A stretch of 64,000 nt of DNA from a bacterium (GTDB taxonomy: Bacteria; Patescibacteriota; Minisyncoccia; Sungbacterales; SURF-37). Below, piece by piece: positions 61,230-64,000 of the stretch (position 1 is the first letter of the stretch; the number at the start of each line of letters is the position of its first letter). The position numbers and the translations under genes are program-made. Location of the stretch: contig JAUSHI010000002.1 of the NCBI GenBank assembly GCA_030648055.1, positions 178 through 64,177 on the forward strand, written 5' to 3'. The notes beneath the pieces are model-generated. The model ran no database searches. It saw only the letters and a list, made by a program, of their open reading frames with translations, and was not told where the DNA came from.

Positions 61230-61571
61230 ATGAAAATCATTGAAAAATGGCAAGGAGTTACTGTTAAAATAGAACCTTGGTGGACGTTGATAGGTGCGCC
61301 AGTTATACAAGAATTTATATTTAGGTTTTTGCCATTTCAGCTTTACCTTGTCTATGGAAGGTTCTACGAAATAGGTATTCTAAGCTCGCTACTATTTGTT
61401 ACAATCCACTGGTATTTCAACAAATGGTTCGTATTGTACTCATTTCTGTGGGGATTAATTCTATGGGTGGTAATGGCGAATTATGGATTCATGGCGGTTG
61501 TAGTTCTTCACGGATTATTGAATGTTATACATTTATGGTTAGGAATACTACCAAACAGAAGAAAAAGCTAA
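61230..61571 (+). CDS. CPBP-family (CAAX/Abi-like) intramembrane protease homologue, short
   Basis: QEFIFRFLPF (EExxxR-like) and HGLLNVIH motifs with 4 TM helices. Confidence 0.55.
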   Translation: MKIIEKWQGVTVKIEPWWTLIGAPVIQEFIFRFLPFQLYLVYGRFYEIGILSSLLFVTIHWYFNKWFVLYSFLWGLILWVVMANYGFMAVVVLHGLLNVIHLWLGILPNRRKS

Positions 61572-61590
61572 TCCATGTGGCGGCGGTAAT

Positions 61591-61618
61591 AAATATAAAA
61601 AGTGTCATAGGTAATAAG
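61591..61618 (+). repeat. direct repeat, right copy
   Basis: See 61201-61228. The two copies are 390 nt apart. Confidence 0.8.
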
Positions 61619-61752
61619 GATAGAAAAAACGCATAAAACCGCCGTAGCCGCGTGTTCCCCTTATGGGTTTTTTTGTTAGTATATAAAAATATATGGCTTA
61701 CGATATTGTAATTAAAAAAGACAAAAAGCTTCTGTAATTTCCAGCACCGAAT

Positions 61753-61780
61753 CAACTTGAACAACTTGAAATCAACTTGA
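61753..61780 (+). promoter_or_regulatory. three phased direct repeats CAACTTGA upstream of the AAA+ gene
   Basis: CAACTTGA at 61753, 61762 and 61773. An extended -10 TGCTACAAT (61804-12) lies 6 nt before the ATG at 61819. Confidence 0.55.
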
Positions 61781-61818
61781 TGTTTGCTTTTTATCAATAT
61801 TCATGCTACAATTAAAGC

Positions 61819-63495
61819 ATGATGTCCCCAGAAAAAATGCCACATACTCCAGAAGTAAAAACCACGCCAGAGCGTGTTCTTGAAGAGGCGGGTCAGGAAG
61901 CAGAGGCATCTAAAGAAAGGCTCTCGCCGGAGGAAATAGAGGTACGGGTAACAGAATTGGCTGATCTTTCAGCTGCCCGTCCCGAGGTCTCCAAGCATGT
62001 ACGAGAGACCTGGGGAGGACTCACCAAAAAAGAACGAGAAGAATTGAAAGCCAAAGGAGAAGAGGCTGTTATCGCACACCTCGAATCTCTCAAGATCGAC
62101 CCGGAACTCCGCGAATTTGAAGAATCGACTCTCGCCGAGACAGACGGGCGCATAAAAGAACTCGCCTCGCACCCGGACGTACTTGCTGCCTATAAAGACC
62201 GCTTCGAAACTCTAAAGGGAACTCTCGCCAAAGTTCTTGCTTTTGACCATCTGCAAAAAGAACTGCACGCCGCAGAAAACACCGAGCAAAAACTGCGGCT
62301 TTTTTATGAACAATACGGTCGCAGCCCTGGCCCGATTGAGCGCAAAAAATTGGAAGGGCTTGCCAATCGAGTAACTGAACTCAAAGGAGAACTACAAGGG
62401 TTTGAACTTGATGAAGCTACGTATAGATATGCTGGCCGGAGAGAAATCAGAGGCATGCAGCGAGACCTTGCGCGTTACAGCTTCGCTGAAACAGAATCAC
62501 GCACCGAACTCATTCGCGAAGTTCTGCCAGACCTTATGCAGGGCGCGCCAGTTCTTTTTCAGGGAGAAACCGGTTCGGGCAAGACACAGCTTGCAAAATA
62601 TATTTCTCAAAAATACCTCGGCAAAGAGCCGGCTGTCATTTCGGTAAGCGAGCAGATTAAAGAATCCCAAATTCTGGGAACGCGAGGACTTGAGGCCGGC
62701 GAGACAATTTTCAAATATTCCGAATTCGTAAAAGCGCAAAAGGAAGGCCGGCCGGTAATTCTCGATGAAGTGAACTTAATGCCCCACGAATTTGCGGGGA
62801 TTCTTCATGACTTCTTGCAAAAACGCGTGGGCGATGTCTGGATTCATCCAGTCACCGGAGAGCAAATCACTATCACCGCGCCGATTATGGCGACGGCTAA
62901 CCTCAAATCAGAACGATATAAACAACGTTACGAGCTCGATGTCGCCACCCTTCGCCGTTTCATCGGTGGAGCGGGTGCTCGAGAAATTCATTACCTTGAT
63001 ATCAATAAGAAAGATAATGGCGGCGGCTATATTGCTCCAGAGACATTGAAAATTTTGGGATCGGTGCTTGCCGATCGTCACGGAAATATTGAGTGGGGTG
63101 AGGCGGAGGCGCCCAAAAAAATGGAGGAGTTAAAAAGATTTGTGTCCGCCTGCCGAAAGATTCAGGAAGATTTCACGCTTTCCATCCGCGAAGGAGGCGA
63201 AGAATCGCTTGCGAAAACCGACCGACTCGCGTTTCGGGAGTTAGTCATCACTCTCAAAGACCAAATAGAGATCATGAAGGCCTGGAAAGCCGGGGGGTTC
63301 AAGGAGCCACTGCAACAGATTATTCTCCGCGAGTTTTTCCACAAAGCGGAGATCAGCGGCCGTGCCGCAAAAGACCGAGAAAACATGGCACGGGTGTTTA
63401 TCGCCAACAAATTCTTCAAGGACACTAAGCCGGAAGATTTCAAAATACAAGGCCTTGCCGCTCAATCTCTTCGTCAGTGGCAGGGCAAAGAATAA
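61819..63495 (+). CDS. AAA+ ATPase (AAA_5/MoxR/dynein-related type) with long coiled N-terminal region
   Basis: Walker A GETGSGKTQLA, Walker B PVILDEVNL, sensor IMATANL, and an Arg in ATLRRF. The N-terminal 230 aa are E/K-rich and helical. Confidence 0.8.
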   Translation: MMSPEKMPHTPEVKTTPERVLEEAGQEAEASKERLSPEEIEVRVTELADLSAARPEVSKHVRETWGGLTKKEREELKAKGEEAVIAHLESLKIDPELREFEESTLAETDGRIKELASHPDVLAAYKDRFETLKGTLAKVLAFDHLQKELHAAENTEQKLRLFYEQYGRSPGPIERKKLEGLANRVTELKGELQGFELDEATYRYAGRREIRGMQRDLARYSFAETESRTELIREVLPDLMQGAPVLFQGETGSGKTQLAKYISQKYLGKEPAVISVSEQIKESQILGTRGLEAGETIFKYSEFVKAQKEGRPVILDEVNLMPHEFAGILHDFLQKRVGDVWIHPVTGEQITITAPIMATANLKSERYKQRYELDVATLRRFIGGAGAREIHYLDINKKDNGGGYIAPETLKILGSVLADRHGNIEWGEAEAPKKMEELKRFVSACRKIQEDFTLSIREGGEESLAKTDRLAFRELVITLKDQIEIMKAWKAGGFKEPLQQIILREFFHKAEISGRAAKDRENMARVFIANKFFKDTKPEDFKIQGLAAQSLRQWQGKE

Positions 63496-63601
63496 TACCA
63501 TGCCATTCGAAGTTTACCCCGTGAAATAATTTTGTTTCACAAAATTAGCGCAAAGCGCTATTTCACGGGGCAGGCAAACTTTATCGAATAAATTAAACAA
63601 T

Positions 63602-64000
63602 ATGCCATTCCCAGCTTACGAACTATATCGTCCATACGAAGACCCAGACAAATACAAAACCTCCACCCAAAAGAAAGCGGAGGGTGTATTGAAAGAGGCC
63701 GATGAAATGAAGCGGGCTCAAGGCAAAGAAACGATCTCTGGCGTCGAGTTTCAAGAAGCCAGAGAGCTTTTAGGCGAAGACCTCATCGGACCGGAAGAGA
63801 TTGAAAAAACCTGGGGTGTGCGGCCGGAGGACGTCCCGGAGATTCCGTTTTCCCGTGAAGAACTCGAGCGAGCAAAAGAAATGGGACAAATGTTAGTTCT
63901 TCGAGTCGATAAAACAGAAGATGGCAAACCGATGTCGATGGAGGCGATGAACACTATTCTGGCAAAGCGCTGGGAGAAAGAGAAAAAAGGCGGGCTACTC
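63602..64000 (+). CDS. hypothetical protein, 5' part (runs off the right edge), not in the ORF track
   Basis: The ATG at 63602 opens a frame for 133 codons to the window end (MPFPAYELYRPYEDPDKYK...). It is co-oriented with the AAA+ gene. Confidence 0.55.
   Translation, partial: MPFPAYELYRPYEDPDKYKTSTQKKAEGVLKEADEMKRAQGKETISGVEFQEARELLGEDLIGPEEIEKTWGVRPEDVPEIPFSREELERAKEMGQMLVLRVDKTEDGKPMSMEAMNTILAKRWEKEKKGGLL

Overview
Gene-dense 64-kb chromosomal window, roughly 40-45% G+C by eye. It looks like a small-genome Patescibacteria/CPR-type bacterium. That placement is inference from gene content: a short hrcA, an aspS without the GAD insertion, a giant LTD/beta-helix surface protein, small GIY-YIG ORFs and few Shine-Dalgarno sites. 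Housekeeping genes recognised from the translations: dinB, ftsK, recA, rpsR-ssb-rpsF, ychF, a phosphohexomutase, a P-type Ca-ATPase with a CaCA exchanger, rmuC, rplU, recR, dnaB, cysS, corA, hrcA-grpE-dnaK and a separated dnaJ, ddl, aspS, and scpA-scpB-dac-mraY. There is also an ECF-sigma-led MacAB-type efflux operon. Three intact tRNAs are present (Asn, Lys, Ala). I saw no rRNA, CRISPR array, transposase or reverse transcriptase. Observations that ordinary annotation does not explain: (1) At 48.1-49.4 kb, two small GIY-YIG ORFs each sit with an intact tRNA (Lys, Ala) inside the remains of an older copy of the same tRNA gene, broken in its anticodon loop. This is my top candidate for an undescribed selfish or maintenance system. 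(2) A structured repeat ends in GGRGGGATGCTCAY, a strong SD plus ATG of a conserved mini-ORF (MLxxV..), directly upstream of the SD-less recA, ftsK and dnaJ genes. (3) A family of at least 8 long perfect palindromes (core TTCTTAAGAA) lies at gene ends, with symmetric compensatory variation between copies. (4) Two G+C-rich, strong-SD islands lie at 36.9-38.9 kb and 55.4-55.9 kb. (5) A secreted operon encodes a Cys-repeat protein with Kazal-like modules followed by a trypsin-like protease. (6) An AAA+ (AAA_5) ATPase locus at the right edge has phased direct repeats upstream. (7) Several duplication scars are present: the rpsR 3' end, the CPBP gene flanks, and a recombinase tail overlapping tRNA-Asn. 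All coordinates were derived by hand from the printed sequence. No database search or folding program was run.
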